A stretch of 64,000 nt of DNA, from the NCBI GenBank assembly GCA_964422925.1, contig CAYRDC010000015.1:675-64674 (forward strand), read 5' to 3'. Position 1 is the first letter of the stretch; every line of letters starts with the position of its first letter. The notes below the pieces were generated by a model. It worked only from the letters and a program-made list of their open reading frames with translations, was not told where the DNA came from and did no database searches. The stretch is from an uncultured Chitinophagales bacterium. GTDB taxonomy: Bacteria > Bacteroidota > Bacteroidia > Chitinophagales > S012-47. The position numbers and the translations under genes are program-made. Below, in pieces: positions 17,410-27,852 of this stretch.

Positions 17410-18495
17410 GTGGAGGAACCAAAAGTTTTTTTCGGTATTCTCAATTGGGGGCTTGGCCATGCGACCCGTTCAGCCCGGCTTATCCGGTGGTTTCAGAAAA
17501 AGGGATGGAAAGTGGTAATTGGCTCTGACGGAGAGGCGCTGCGTTTCCTGCGGCAGGCTTTTCCTGATCTGGTAACTATTGAGATGCCGGGACGGCCCGT
17601 TCGTTACCAGCGCAAAGGCCCATTATGGCCGGTCCTGCTCCGGCAAATGCCCTCTTTTCTTCGCTCCATTCAGAAAGACACCTTGTTCGTGCGGCAGCTT
17701 ATCAAACAGGAGCCTTTCCGGCTGATTGTATCGGATAACCGGTATGGGTGTTATCATGACACAGTCCCTTCGGTTATGCTGACCCATCAACTGAACCTGC
17801 ATCTTCCATCCGGCCTGGGCTGGGCTGAAAAGCCGGTCAACCGCTGGCTGCGTAACAGGCTGAAAAAATTCCGGCAAATCTGGGTTCCGGATTTTCCTGG
17901 CCTTACTGATTCCCTTTCCGGCACTTTGTCTCATCCTCCGCCATTTATTGAAAAGACCTTTTTCATTGGCCCGCTTTCCCGGTTTGAACTTAGCCCCCCG
18001 CTTTCCGGATCCGTTCGTTTTGACTGGCTGTTTTTACTTTCCGGGCCGGAGCCGCAGCGCACCCAACTTGAAAATATCCTGCTTAAAAAAGCGGCTGACC
18101 TGGAAGGATATTTGGCTTTGGTTCGGGGTACTTCCGGGCCGGTTAAAAGGCCGGTTCCGGATAATGTGGAAGTGTTTGATTTGCTTCAGGATAAAGAGCT
18201 GGCCGGTTTGCTGGGAGCATCTTCCAGGGTGCTGGCACGCTGCGGGTACAGCACGGTGATGGATCTTTATGTCTGCGGAAAACCCGCCCTGTTCATTCCA
18301 ACGCCCGGTCAGTCTGAACAGGAATACTTGGGAAAATGGCTGGATGGCCGTTTCCGGTTCACTGTTCAGAAGGCTAACCGGTTGGAACTTCGCCAGGCTA
18401 AAAAAACCCTTTCTTCCATGAGGCGGAACCAACCGGCTTTCCCCGGATTTGATACATCAACCTTTCAGGGGGCTGTCGATGCACTCGGTTTGTAA
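17410..18495 (+). CDS. Glycosyltransferase (GT28 C-terminal-like)
   Basis: LNWGLGHATR, IVSDNRYG, LLSGPEPQRT, RCGYSTVMDL, FIPTPGQSEQEYL. Confidence 0.85.
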   Translation: MEEPKVFFGILNWGLGHATRSARLIRWFQKKGWKVVIGSDGEALRFLRQAFPDLVTIEMPGRPVRYQRKGPLWPVLLRQMPSFLRSIQKDTLFVRQLIKQEPFRLIVSDNRYGCYHDTVPSVMLTHQLNLHLPSGLGWAEKPVNRWLRNRLKKFRQIWVPDFPGLTDSLSGTLSHPPPFIEKTFFIGPLSRFELSPPLSGSVRFDWLFLLSGPEPQRTQLENILLKKAADLEGYLALVRGTSGPVKRPVPDNVEVFDLLQDKELAGLLGASSRVLARCGYSTVMDLYVCGKPALFIPTPGQSEQEYLGKWLDGRFRFTVQKANRLELRQAKKTLSSMRRNQPAFPGFDTSTFQGAVDALGL

Positions 18496-18944
18496 AGAGA
18501 TACGGCCTTTTCAGCCAACCGCAGCAAATCCGAAGGATTTTTGAATCCCTGTGCGGAATAAACCACCTGTCCACTGGGATCCAGGAAAAGCAGAGTAGGC
18601 AGCAGGGTGATATTGTACCGTCTGGAGAATGGAATTCCTTCTCCTTTATCCGTATTAACCTGCAGGTTTATGAAATGTTCATTGAAATACCGGCCTACCT
18701 CCGCCTGGGTAAATACGGATTTGGCCATTTGGCGGCAGGGCAGGCACCAATCCGCATAGGCGTCTACAAAAACCAATTTATCTTCCCGGGCCGCCTCTTC
18801 AAAGGCTTCGGCAACCGAAAGTTCGCGGAATGCAATCCCTGCTGAAGCACTTTCCTTTTGACTTCCGCATGAAGAAACATATAAGGCCAGGAGCAGAATC
18901 AGGCCGGCTGTCTTTGAGCTTTTATTCCCCTTTGTGAATATCAA
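18465..18944 (-). CDS. Thioredoxin-family lipoprotein (start uncertain; TTG at 18944 proposed)
   Basis: FVDAYADWCLPC, PTLLFLD; lipobox VSSC; the ORF-track start at 19043 lies deep inside murI. Confidence 0.75.
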   Translation of the reverse strand: MIFTKGNKSSKTAGLILLLALYVSSCGSQKESASAGIAFRELSVAEAFEEAAREDKLVFVDAYADWCLPCRQMAKSVFTQAEVGRYFNEHFINLQVNTDKGEGIPFSRRYNITLLPTLLFLDPSGQVVYSAQGFKNPSDLLRLAEKAVSLYKPSASTAP

Positions 18945-19731
18945 TTTGCTCCAAATGAATTTTATTGCCGTAAAAAATTTGGGTTGTCTTCTCAAAGGAT
19001 TCTGTATAGTCCGAAACATAAAATCTATGATGCGTCTTTCCATTGTGGTTTAACAGACTGTTTTTTTCCAGAATTAGTTCCACTTCTCGGGCAATGATTC
19101 CGGTGGAATCGTAAATACGCACTTTCCCGTTGAAAAACCGCTCGATTTGCGGGCGGAGCAGCGGATAATGAGTACAGGCCAGTATCAGGGCATCAATCTG
19201 CTTGAAATCAGGGAAATTCAGGTAAGCCTGCAATATCGCTTCAGAGAGCGTATTGTTGTAAAAACCTTCCTCAATCATCGGTGCCAGCAGGGGCGTGGGC
19301 ACCGAAACCACATTCCTGGTATTGTCCAGGGTCAAAATTCTTTTTTCATATTCATTGGCCCGGATTGTGGCTTTTGTGCCGATGACGCCAATGGTCCGGT
19401 TGACGCTTTCTCGGACTACTTCTTTGACAATAGGATCGATAACATTTACAATGGGTACCCGGCTGCCAAACTCCTGCACCAGGCTGTCATACGCCACTGA
19501 AGAGGCCGAATTGCAGGCAGATATTATGATTTTGCAACCGGAATCAACCAGGAACCGGGTGATATTCCGGGCGTATTCCGTGATGGCGGCCGGTGATTTA
19601 TCGCCATAGGGCAGGTGCCTAGTGTCTCCGAAATAGAGAATGGATTCTCCGGGCATTTGCTGGCTGATGGCCCGGGCTACTGTCAGCCCGCCAATGCCCG
19701 AATCAAAGATGCCTATGGGTTTCTGATTCAT
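18922..19731 (-). CDS. murI: Glutamate racemase
   Basis: IGIFDSGIGGLTV, YFGDTRHLPYG, ACNSAS, LACTHYP. Confidence 0.97.
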   Translation of the reverse strand: MNQKPIGIFDSGIGGLTVARAISQQMPGESILYFGDTRHLPYGDKSPAAITEYARNITRFLVDSGCKIIISACNSASSVAYDSLVQEFGSRVPIVNVIDPIVKEVVRESVNRTIGVIGTKATIRANEYEKRILTLDNTRNVVSVPTPLLAPMIEEGFYNNTLSEAILQAYLNFPDFKQIDALILACTHYPLLRPQIERFFNGKVRIYDSTGIIAREVELILEKNSLLNHNGKTHHRFYVSDYTESFEKTTQIFYGNKIHLEQIDIHKGE

Positions 19732-19787
19732 AAAAAAACAGCCCGTGCAAAATGGCACAGGCTGTAAAAATACATTTTGTCAATTGC

Positions 19788-20291
19788 CTATTGCGTAATG
19801 CCCAGTTTTTTCTTTACATCCTCCATAATATTGTCACTATCATCGGCATAAACCGGGTTGCCCAGACTGGTGTCAAACACATATTTATACCCTTTTTCTT
19901 TAGCTACCTGGGCAATGGCATCATTGATTTTATCCATTATCGGCTTCAGGAGTTCCTGTTGCTTTTTTTGAAGGTCTTGCTGGGCTTTTTGTTCAAAATT
20001 GGCGATACGGCTTTGCATATCTGCCAGTTCCTTGGCCCGGGTTTCCCGAATCGATTCCGGAAGGTTTTCCGCATCTTTCTGGTACTGTGCCTGCTTGGTG
20101 GCATACTCCTGCAGCATCATGGAATAATTCGTATCCAGGGTGGCCGCGAATTTTTGAAGTTCTTCCTGGTAGGTTTTCATTTCCGGCATCAACTGCATCA
20201 GTTCAGCTTCATTGATATGGGCAATCTGGCCACTGACAGTTGCTGAAACCAGCATAAATAAGCCCAGTATTCCTTTCATCATTTTTTTCAT
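19788..20291 (-). CDS. skp: OmpH/Skp periplasmic chaperone
   Basis: IAHINEAELMQLMPE, QQELLKPIMDKINDAI, GYKYVFD. Confidence 0.9.
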   Translation of the reverse strand: MKKMMKGILGLFMLVSATVSGQIAHINEAELMQLMPEMKTYQEELQKFAATLDTNYSMMLQEYATKQAQYQKDAENLPESIRETRAKELADMQSRIANFEQKAQQDLQKKQQELLKPIMDKINDAIAQVAKEKGYKYVFDTSLGNPVYADDSDNIMEDVKKKLGITQ

Positions 20292-20334
20292 TTCGGAGAA
20301 TTTAGTCGGTAATCAAAATTGGAGTACAAAGTTA

Positions 20335-20844
20335 TCAATAACCCAAGGCTTTCAAAATATCGTCACTTTTATCATACCTCGGGTTGGCATAGAGCATATA
20401 TGGGCCGCCATTGGCCTTGTCAAAAACAAAATCATACCCTTTTGATTCAGCCATATCTTTAATGGCATCAAATACTTTGTCCTGGATGGGCTTAACCAGT
20501 TCCTGGCGTTTTTTAAACAAATCTCCTTCAAAGCCAAAACGTTGTTTCCGAAGCTCTTTTACGGCTTTTTCTTTTTCCATTATTTCATTTTCCCGTTCGG
20601 CTTTGGTCTTTTCGTCCATCAGGTATTGCTCTGCCTGGTATTTGCGGTACATTTCATCGATTTTGTCATATTCTGCTTCTATTTCCTGTTTCCATTGTTC
20701 CGCGATGGCATCCAGTTTTTTTTGCGCATCCTGGTATTCAGGAATTTTTTCCAGGATATAATCCGAATCAACAAATACAAAACGTTGAGCTATAAGTCCG
20801 GTAGTGCTTAAAGCCAGAAGTAATGTAGTTACTATGGTTTTCAT
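20335..20844 (-). CDS. skp: OmpH/Skp periplasmic chaperone (second copy)
   Basis: FVDSDYILEKIPEY, RQELVKPIQDKV, GYDFVFD. Confidence 0.9.
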   Translation of the reverse strand: MKTIVTTLLLALSTTGLIAQRFVFVDSDYILEKIPEYQDAQKKLDAIAEQWKQEIEAEYDKIDEMYRKYQAEQYLMDEKTKAERENEIMEKEKAVKELRKQRFGFEGDLFKKRQELVKPIQDKVFDAIKDMAESKGYDFVFDKANGGPYMLYANPRYDKSDDILKALGY

Positions 20845-20856
20845 AATACAATTTTT

Positions 20857-23517
20857 TTATTCAGGTTCAAATCCAAGTTTAAATTGGAATGCGCCTTTGG
20901 TGAGTTTCTCCCCGAAATTCAGGTCTCTCATGCCTGGTTCATCAAAGCCTATGCCATAGTCAAAGCCGAGCAGCCCGAACATGGGCAGGTATACCCTGAT
21001 GCCAACGCCCACAGAACGCCTCAGGTTGAACGGATCATAGTATTTGAAACTGGCATAACTATTACCGCCTTCCATAAATGCCAATGCATAAATTATGGAA
21101 GAGGGATTCAGCGAAAAGGGATATCTTAATTCAATGGTAAACTTGTTAAATATCGGGGCATTCAGGTTGGTGGAACTGCCGCCAACCGGAGCAAAGGGGT
21201 TCTCTGTGCCCCGGAGTGAAATGATATCATAGCCATACAAGGTGAAACCGCCCGTTAGCCCGTCACCGCCTACCCGGAACCGTTCAAAAGTCGACAATCC
21301 CAGGTCGCGGTTATACAATCCCAGGAATCCTGTTTTAAACCCGGCTTTTAATACCAGTTGTTTCTTTCCTTGACCTGTGCTCCCTGCCAGCCTCTTGTAC
21401 CACTCTGCGTTGAACCGCCATTTGTGGTATTCCACCCATTTGTACTTCTCATTGTCCGGCTTGTTGAGAAAATCAGGGATCAGGTAGCTGTACGGAGGAG
21501 TGAGTTGTAGGGATAATATAATATTTGAACCTCCGGTGGGGAAAAGGGGATTGCCGGTGGTGGAATTCCTGGCCAGGGTTTCTTTTATATAAAAGTTATT
21601 GGCTGCCCCATTGGAAATTACAAAACCCGAATAATTGCGCAGATAGTAATTTTCCAGATTGATGGAAGTCCCGAGGGTAAAATAATCATCCGGCCAGCTG
21701 AGGCGTTTGCCATATCCCAGCGTGACCCCGCGCGTAATTATGAAACTGGTATTTTCATCCGTCCGGTCCAGTCCGGTGGGATTCCATAAAGTGTAATTGA
21801 TGGAGGTGGAAAAGGAATTGGGTTTTTTACCGCCAAACCAGGGTTCATTGAAAGACAGGGTATAGGATTGCAGGAATTTGCCGCGTGATCGCATCCGGAA
21901 AGAAAACTGCTGCCCATCACCCATAGGTATTGGCTTCCAGGCGCTTTTGTCAAATATTTTGTTGATTGAAAAGTTGTTGAATGAAATACCGGCTGTTCCG
22001 TACAATCCGCCTACAGCGCCTCCCCATCCTGCTGACAGCTCTAATTGGTCACTCGATTTTTCCACTACCGTATATTCTATGTCTACGGTTCCGTTCTCAG
22101 GATGCGGTTTTGGCACTATACCAATTTGTTCCGCATCGAAAAACCCTAAAGAAGCGATTTCCCGCTGAGAGCGGATCAGGTCAGAGCGGCTGAATTTTTC
22201 TCCCGGCAGGGTACGCAACTCCCTGCGCACCACATGTTCTTTGGTCTTGGTGTTTCCTTTGATAGTTACATCATTAATCAGCGCCTGGGGTCCTTCATAT
22301 ACTTGTATCAGGATGTCAATCGAGTCGTTTTCAACTTTTACTTCCTGGGGGGTTACATTAAAGAAAAGGTACCCGTCATCCATGTAAAGCGTGCTTACAT
22401 CCCCGCTGTTCAGGTCCATGAATAGCTTGTCATTCAGGCGTTTCTTGCTGTACACATCGCCTTTTTTAATCCCAAGTACAGCGCTCAGGACTTCATCCGG
22501 ATATCTTGAGTTGCCTTCCCAGGTGATGTTTCTGAAATGATATTTCGGGCCTTCATTTATCCGGATTTTTACTATAAGATTCCCCGGATCCTGCTGATAT
22601 ACTGTGTCAAATTCAATAATTGCATCGCGGTAGCCTTCGTTGTTGTAAAAATCTATCAGATTTCGTTTGTCAGCTTCATATTTTTCCTCAATAAATTTCG
22701 AAGCGGTGAATATGGAAAAATGCACCTTGTCCGAAAGGTAATTGCTTACTGTCTCATAACTGATGTTACCCAGCATGTCAAAGGGATTGAAAGGTTTGGA
22801 GGTATCTCTTTTAAGCCAAACCTTCAGGTCGGGATTTATACGGGTTTTGATCTTGGTGTCTTTCATTTGTTTCAGCAGCCTGCGGTCTTCAACTTGCTGG
22901 TTACCTTCAAATTGAATATCTGCGATTCGAACTTTAGGTCCTTTGTCAATATGCACATACAGTTTTACCGTGTTGGGTTTTGAGGTGTCAGCTTTTTCGA
23001 TGATTTCCGTTTGCACATTCAGAAAGCCCTTGTCGATATAATGCCGTTCTATGATATTCCGGATATTGGCCTGGTCATAAGGGGTAACCGGATCGCCCTG
23101 GCGTAAATGAAATTGCTCTTTCAGGTCATCCGCGTCATTTTTGCCGATTCCTTTCACAATCAGTTCGGAAAGGCGGGGTTGCTCTTTGACTTCAATTTCG
23201 AGGAAGGCTATATTCTTTATGGTTTTTATCAAATGAATCTGCACATCTGAAAACAGATTCATACGCCATAACCTGCGCACTGCTTCGGCCGTTTCTTCTC
23301 CAGGAATGTTGATTACCTGTCCCACTGCCAGGCCGGTGCGGGCTATCAGGGCAGATTCGTTAAAATTTGATATGCCTTTGATGGTAATACCTCCAATCTC
23401 ATATTTAACCGGAAGGTTGTAATCAACAGCAGAGGAGTCTTTACCCGGAATTCCCTGGGCAAAGGTGCAGGTTGTAATCCATAGAATAATACCGGTTAGT
23501 AGAAATCCTTTCCTCAT
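20857..23517 (-). CDS. bamA: Outer-membrane protein assembly factor BamA
   Basis: POTRA repeats (GNTKTKEHVVRRELRT), barrel VEYHKW, SLRG, YLPMFGLLGFDYG. Confidence 0.96.
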   Translation of the reverse strand: MRKGFLLTGIILWITTCTFAQGIPGKDSSAVDYNLPVKYEIGGITIKGISNFNESALIARTGLAVGQVINIPGEETAEAVRRLWRMNLFSDVQIHLIKTIKNIAFLEIEVKEQPRLSELIVKGIGKNDADDLKEQFHLRQGDPVTPYDQANIRNIIERHYIDKGFLNVQTEIIEKADTSKPNTVKLYVHIDKGPKVRIADIQFEGNQQVEDRRLLKQMKDTKIKTRINPDLKVWLKRDTSKPFNPFDMLGNISYETVSNYLSDKVHFSIFTASKFIEEKYEADKRNLIDFYNNEGYRDAIIEFDTVYQQDPGNLIVKIRINEGPKYHFRNITWEGNSRYPDEVLSAVLGIKKGDVYSKKRLNDKLFMDLNSGDVSTLYMDDGYLFFNVTPQEVKVENDSIDILIQVYEGPQALINDVTIKGNTKTKEHVVRRELRTLPGEKFSRSDLIRSQREIASLGFFDAEQIGIVPKPHPENGTVDIEYTVVEKSSDQLELSAGWGGAVGGLYGTAGISFNNFSINKIFDKSAWKPIPMGDGQQFSFRMRSRGKFLQSYTLSFNEPWFGGKKPNSFSTSINYTLWNPTGLDRTDENTSFIITRGVTLGYGKRLSWPDDYFTLGTSINLENYYLRNYSGFVISNGAANNFYIKETLARNSTTGNPLFPTGGSNIILSLQLTPPYSYLIPDFLNKPDNEKYKWVEYHKWRFNAEWYKRLAGSTGQGKKQLVLKAGFKTGFLGLYNRDLGLSTFERFRVGGDGLTGGFTLYGYDIISLRGTENPFAPVGGSSTNLNAPIFNKFTIELRYPFSLNPSSIIYALAFMEGGNSYASFKYYDPFNLRRSVGVGIRVYLPMFGLLGFDYGIGFDEPGMRDLNFGEKLTKGAFQFKLGFEPE

Positions 23518-24272
23518 GCCTTTTTTAATTGTTCACTGGTCATCCCAAAACGCCTTTCCCTTAGTTGAAAGGCGATAATAGCCTCATAAAGATCTTGCTT
23601 CCGGAATTCAGGCCAGAATTTTTTGGTGAAATATAGTTCAGTATAGGCAATTTGCCATAAAAGAAAGTTGCTGATTCTTAATTCGCCACTGGTACGGATC
23701 AGCAATTCGGGATCGGGTATTTTATGGGTTGTGAGATAGCTGGAAAAAACGTTTGCATCAATATTTTGCGTAGTTATCAAACCGTTTTTAACATCTTCAG
23801 CCAGCAGGCGGGCTGCACGTGTGATTTCCCACCGGGAGCTGTAGCTGAGTGCCAGGATCAGGGTCATCCGTGTGTTGTTGGCTGTGGCCTTTACCGTAGC
23901 TTCCAGCTCTTTGCGGCATTCGGTGGGTAAAGTTTCCAGCTCGCCTATGGTTTTCAACCGGATCTGGTTTTCATTCAGTTTCCGGGTTTCTTTTCTGAGC
24001 GTACTCACGAGCAAAGACATCAGGGCGTCAATTTCCCTGCGGGGTCGGTTCCAATTTTCGGTAGAGAATGCATATAAGGTCAAATATTCCACCCCAAGTT
24101 CCGCACAGGCTTCCGTTACTTCCCTGACAGATTTTACCCCGTTTTTATGGCCATAGACCCGCGACTTTCCATGCTTTGTGGCCCAGCGCCCGTTGCCGTC
24201 CATGATAATGGCAATATGCCGGGGCAGCTTGTTTTTGTCCAGTTCAGGTGGAATGCTGTTCAATTCAGGCAT
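23514..24272 (-). CDS. uppS: Undecaprenyl-diphosphate synthase (isoprenyl transferase)
   Basis: HIAIIMDGNGRWA, LYAFSTENW, RTSGELRISNFLLWQ. Confidence 0.97.
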   Translation of the reverse strand: MPELNSIPPELDKNKLPRHIAIIMDGNGRWATKHGKSRVYGHKNGVKSVREVTEACAELGVEYLTLYAFSTENWNRPRREIDALMSLLVSTLRKETRKLNENQIRLKTIGELETLPTECRKELEATVKATANNTRMTLILALSYSSRWEITRAARLLAEDVKNGLITTQNIDANVFSSYLTTHKIPDPELLIRTSGELRISNFLLWQIAYTELYFTKKFWPEFRKQDLYEAIIAFQLRERRFGMTSEQLKKA

Positions 24273-24281
24273 TTCTGATTC

Positions 24282-25148
24282 TTAATAACGTTTTGATGGA
24301 TAGGGGCATAACAGGGAACGGAAAGTATAGGAAATGCTAATGCCATGGATCATATAGGCATCCCTTCTTTTTACATCGCCACGTTGTTTTCCTTCCGTTC
24401 CAATGGGTTCGCCAATGGCCGCTACGGACCGGTCGGCCAGGGTAGCGGCTGTAGTTCCGTTCGCCCCTGACATCAAGACCTGTTGATCGACATAAGTGGT
24501 GCTTATATCATCCAGGTAATCCGTAAATGTAAACCGGTAACCAAATTCCAGCCCAAGAGTCAGGTGGGAAGTTACGCTGTATTTAAATCCTCCCCCAAAT
24601 GGAATTCCCACCTGAAACAGCTTATAGGGCTTGCGCCCATAGAAATCCGGGAATTGCTGACCTTCCGTACCCAAGGGTTGGAGAGCAATCCAACTGCCGT
24701 TCAGGTATGCCTTTGGATTATGATAAAAAGCCGAAACACCCACGAACAAATAAGGGGAAAAATTATTCTTGTTATCTCCCAGGATGTAAGGGAAGAAATT
24801 GAATTCAAACTGGGAAGCTATCTCAAAGATATCAGACCGGAAGCTTAGATTGCGGGCTTGTTCAAATGCACTCTTTGACCAGGCATCGTTTCCTATGATG
24901 CGCGCGTAATTGCCGGATAGCTTGACGGCCAGGCGTGGATTCAGAATTTTTCTCGCGTACAGTCCGCCTGCCTGGCGAAAAATCTTATAGGCTTGCAAAA
25001 TATCGGGGTGTATATCCCCGAAATAATTGGCGCCACCTGCCCATAAACCGATTTCCCATTTTTGGCTTACATTCCGCTGTGCTGCAGCCTGAAACGAAAG
25101 GCTAAAAACAATTAAAACTCCGGCTATATAGGTGTATGATTTTTTCAT
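24282..25148 (-). CDS. DUF6089-family beta-barrel (PorG-like, T9SS-associated)
   Basis: GGANYFGD, RNLSFRS, LQPLGTEGQ, FTFTDYLDDIS; position next to uppS. Confidence 0.8.
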   Translation of the reverse strand: MKKSYTYIAGVLIVFSLSFQAAAQRNVSQKWEIGLWAGGANYFGDIHPDILQAYKIFRQAGGLYARKILNPRLAVKLSGNYARIIGNDAWSKSAFEQARNLSFRSDIFEIASQFEFNFFPYILGDNKNNFSPYLFVGVSAFYHNPKAYLNGSWIALQPLGTEGQQFPDFYGRKPYKLFQVGIPFGGGFKYSVTSHLTLGLEFGYRFTFTDYLDDISTTYVDQQVLMSGANGTTAATLADRSVAAIGEPIGTEGKQRGDVKRRDAYMIHGISISYTFRSLLCPYPSKRY

Positions 25149-25235
25149 AAACAAGCAGGAACCTGCAAAGTTATGGAAATCCCGCTAATAACGGAATTTC
25201 ACCCACCTATGTTGCGGAGCAGCTATGTGATTGAT

Positions 25236-26153
25236 TTACAAGTTTTTCGGACAATAATACTTGCTGCCCCTGTTGGTGCTGAACGTATAGGACAAGGTTA
25301 CCCCTGTAAAGAAATACGAATCGTTGTCTGACGGATCGCCACGTTGCTGGCCGGGGGCTGTTTTGGACGGATGCTCTCCCGTTGAACGGTCAGAAAGGGC
25401 TGCCGCCAGGGCTGCCTGCTGAGGCGGATAATTGGCATAGAAAAAGGCGGGATCCGGATAGGTGGTGCTTACATCGTCAATATAATCGGTTGTAGTAACC
25501 CGGTGACCTATTTCAAAGCCCAGCGTATAATGACTGTTCAGGTTGGTTTTTACACCCACTCCCATTGGGAAAGCCAGTTGAATCAGCGAATATTTCCGTT
25601 TTTCTGGATACTGGATCAACCCCTGTCCTTCGGTTCCCAGGGGTTGCAAGCGAACCCAACTCCCATTGTAATAAGCTTTAGGATCAAAACGGAAAGCTCC
25701 GGCACCGGCAAATATATAAGGCGTAAAACGATTGTTCATGCTTCCTGGTTCAAAGGGAAGCAGGTTTAATTCACCCACTACGGAAGCCTCGATAATATAA
25801 CTCCGGAAGCTGAGGTTCCGGTAATAGCGGTGCCATCCGCTGCCGGCTGCCGGTGTTTTGGCATTGGTTAACGCGTCATCGCCCCAAACCCGGGCGTAAT
25901 ATCCGTTAAACCGTAAAGCAAACCGATAACCGATACTTTGCCTGAAGAATATTCCTATTGCCGGTCGCGTGGAAAATAAATCCAGATCATATACGAAAGC
26001 ACGGCCTATACTATTGGCTCCTCCCAGATCGCCTAAAAAGCTGCTGCTTCCAACGCTAATGCCTACTTCTGAAGATACACTGGAATTGTATTGGGCAAAG
26101 GAAAGGGTTGAAGTCAATACAATAATCAGTCCAAATAGTAAAATCCTTTTCAT
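25236..26153 (-). CDS. DUF6089-family beta-barrel (second paralog)
   Basis: FLGDLGG, RNLSFRS, LQPLGTEGQ, TTTDYIDDVS, QRGDP. Confidence 0.8.
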   Translation of the reverse strand: MKRILLFGLIIVLTSTLSFAQYNSSVSSEVGISVGSSSFLGDLGGANSIGRAFVYDLDLFSTRPAIGIFFRQSIGYRFALRFNGYYARVWGDDALTNAKTPAAGSGWHRYYRNLSFRSYIIEASVVGELNLLPFEPGSMNNRFTPYIFAGAGAFRFDPKAYYNGSWVRLQPLGTEGQGLIQYPEKRKYSLIQLAFPMGVGVKTNLNSHYTLGFEIGHRVTTTDYIDDVSTTYPDPAFFYANYPPQQAALAAALSDRSTGEHPSKTAPGQQRGDPSDNDSYFFTGVTLSYTFSTNRGSKYYCPKNL

Positions 26154-26254
26154 ATCATTGGGGTTTTGGGCTTGCGCATAGATACAATCATTCCGCAAAA
26201 ATACTGTTGAGTATTACGATTAACGTGTCTTTAAGTTACAAATTGTCAACACGT

Positions 26255-27133
26255 TCAATTCCGTTTGTCTACACCCCAAAAAAGTTTGGATCTCAAGGTA
26301 GGCAGGAAATGCTCATTACGGAGGCGAACCAGGTGGATTGGAAAATCTTCTTTCCGGATACTTAATTGATAAGAAGTATCGATGGTTTCCATCCGGGAAT
26401 CCAGGGTACAAAGAAATGAATCTGAACGGCCTTCAATTTCAAAAGAAATAACAGAAGTGTCAGGAACTACCAAAGGCCGGGTGCTTAAATTATGCGGTGC
26501 TACGGGAGCAATCACGAAATTGCAGGAGGTCGGGTAGATTACCGGACCACCGCAGCTTAAAGCGTACCCGGTTGACCCGGTTGGGGTGGAAACCACAATG
26601 CCATCAGCCCAGTATGTATTCAGGAACTCCCCGTTCAGGTAAGTGTGAATTTTAATCATGGCAGAAGTGTCCTTCCGGTGAATGGTAAAATCATTCAGAG
26701 CGTATGGGATCCCATCAAACAAAGGCTTGTTGGAATCCAGGTGCAGGAGTTCCCTTTTATCCACAATATAAGTTAGGTTTTCCAGCGCGTCTAAGGCATT
26801 GGAAATTTCATCGGCACTTATACTTGACAAGAAACCCAGTTTGCCGAAATTGATCCCCATAATGGGCAGTTCCGTATCCCTGACAAGAGATATGGTATCC
26901 AGCAGGGTCCCGTCACCGCCCAGGCTGAAAATAAATTCCACCTTATCCCTGATCTCTTCATGCGAAGAGAACAGCTCAAATTTTTCTAAATCCTTGATTT
27001 TATGTAAAAGATGCGGATAAAAGCCTTCATGGATGCAAAATTTTATATCCCGTCTTTTCAGTTCATCAAACAGGAATTGTGCAAATCCGGCTTTCTGGAG
27101 CTCCAGCAGACGACCGTATATGGCAACCTTCAT
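26255..27133 (-). CDS. nadK: NAD kinase
   Basis: SLGGDGT, GINFGKLGFL, LNDF, DGIVVSTPTGSTGYALSCGGP. Confidence 0.96.
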   Translation of the reverse strand: MKVAIYGRLLELQKAGFAQFLFDELKRRDIKFCIHEGFYPHLLHKIKDLEKFELFSSHEEIRDKVEFIFSLGGDGTLLDTISLVRDTELPIMGINFGKLGFLSSISADEISNALDALENLTYIVDKRELLHLDSNKPLFDGIPYALNDFTIHRKDTSAMIKIHTYLNGEFLNTYWADGIVVSTPTGSTGYALSCGGPVIYPTSCNFVIAPVAPHNLSTRPLVVPDTSVISFEIEGRSDSFLCTLDSRMETIDTSYQLSIRKEDFPIHLVRLRNEHFLPTLRSKLFWGVDKRN

Positions 27134-27189
27134 CCTTACCGGTAGTTGAAATGCAAATATAATTCTTTTTTAGCAGGAGCCGTGACGGC

Positions 27190-27852
27190 TTAAATATTAA
27201 GCCAGCGCATCAGGCTGTCATACCGGTCTTTCAGGAAATCGGTTTGGTCAGATTTGTTAAAGGACCCCACGATTTTGTATTCAAACCGTTCAAAGGTGGC
27301 AATGATATCCCTGATATCCTGTTTATTGACTTTGATGGTAACATTCAGCCGGGTGCTGTTCTGCTGTGTATTGGTAAATACGGACAAGATACTGGCTCCG
27401 CAGGATTCTACGATCCGGGCTATTTCACTCATGGAATAATCCTTAATCCCCATTTCAAGTACGAGGATTCCCCCCGGTTCCCGTATGGAAGAAAACCCGG
27501 CAAATTTTTCAAGCAATGAATGCATGGTAATCACGCCCATGTAGTTATCCTGGTCATCTACTACAGGGATTATGGTGAGGTTAAGCTCGGCAAGCAGTTT
27601 CAGCGCGTCAAACAAATGGGCCGTATGTTGTATACAGGGCTTTTGGTAATGCAGCGGATAATTGCCAATAGGTTCTTCAAGATCATTCAGGTTCAGGATA
27701 TCGTCTTCAGAGATCAGGCCGAGTAATTGGGTATTGTTCACTATAGGCAAATGCCGAATCAGGAACTCATTCATCCAGTTGAGCGCCTGCCGGCCTGTGT
27801 CGGACGTTTTTAAAGGAGGCAATGAATCGGATATCAGTTCACTGGCAATCAT
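27190..27852 (-). CDS. CBS-domain protein with a C-terminal ACT-like region
   Basis: Tandem CBS motifs (HLPIVNNTQLLGLISE; IPVVDDQDNYMGVIT). Confidence 0.85.
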   Translation of the reverse strand: MIASELISDSLPPLKTSDTGRQALNWMNEFLIRHLPIVNNTQLLGLISEDDILNLNDLEEPIGNYPLHYQKPCIQHTAHLFDALKLLAELNLTIIPVVDDQDNYMGVITMHSLLEKFAGFSSIREPGGILVLEMGIKDYSMSEIARIVESCGASILSVFTNTQQNSTRLNVTIKVNKQDIRDIIATFERFEYKIVGSFNKSDQTDFLKDRYDSLMRWLNI

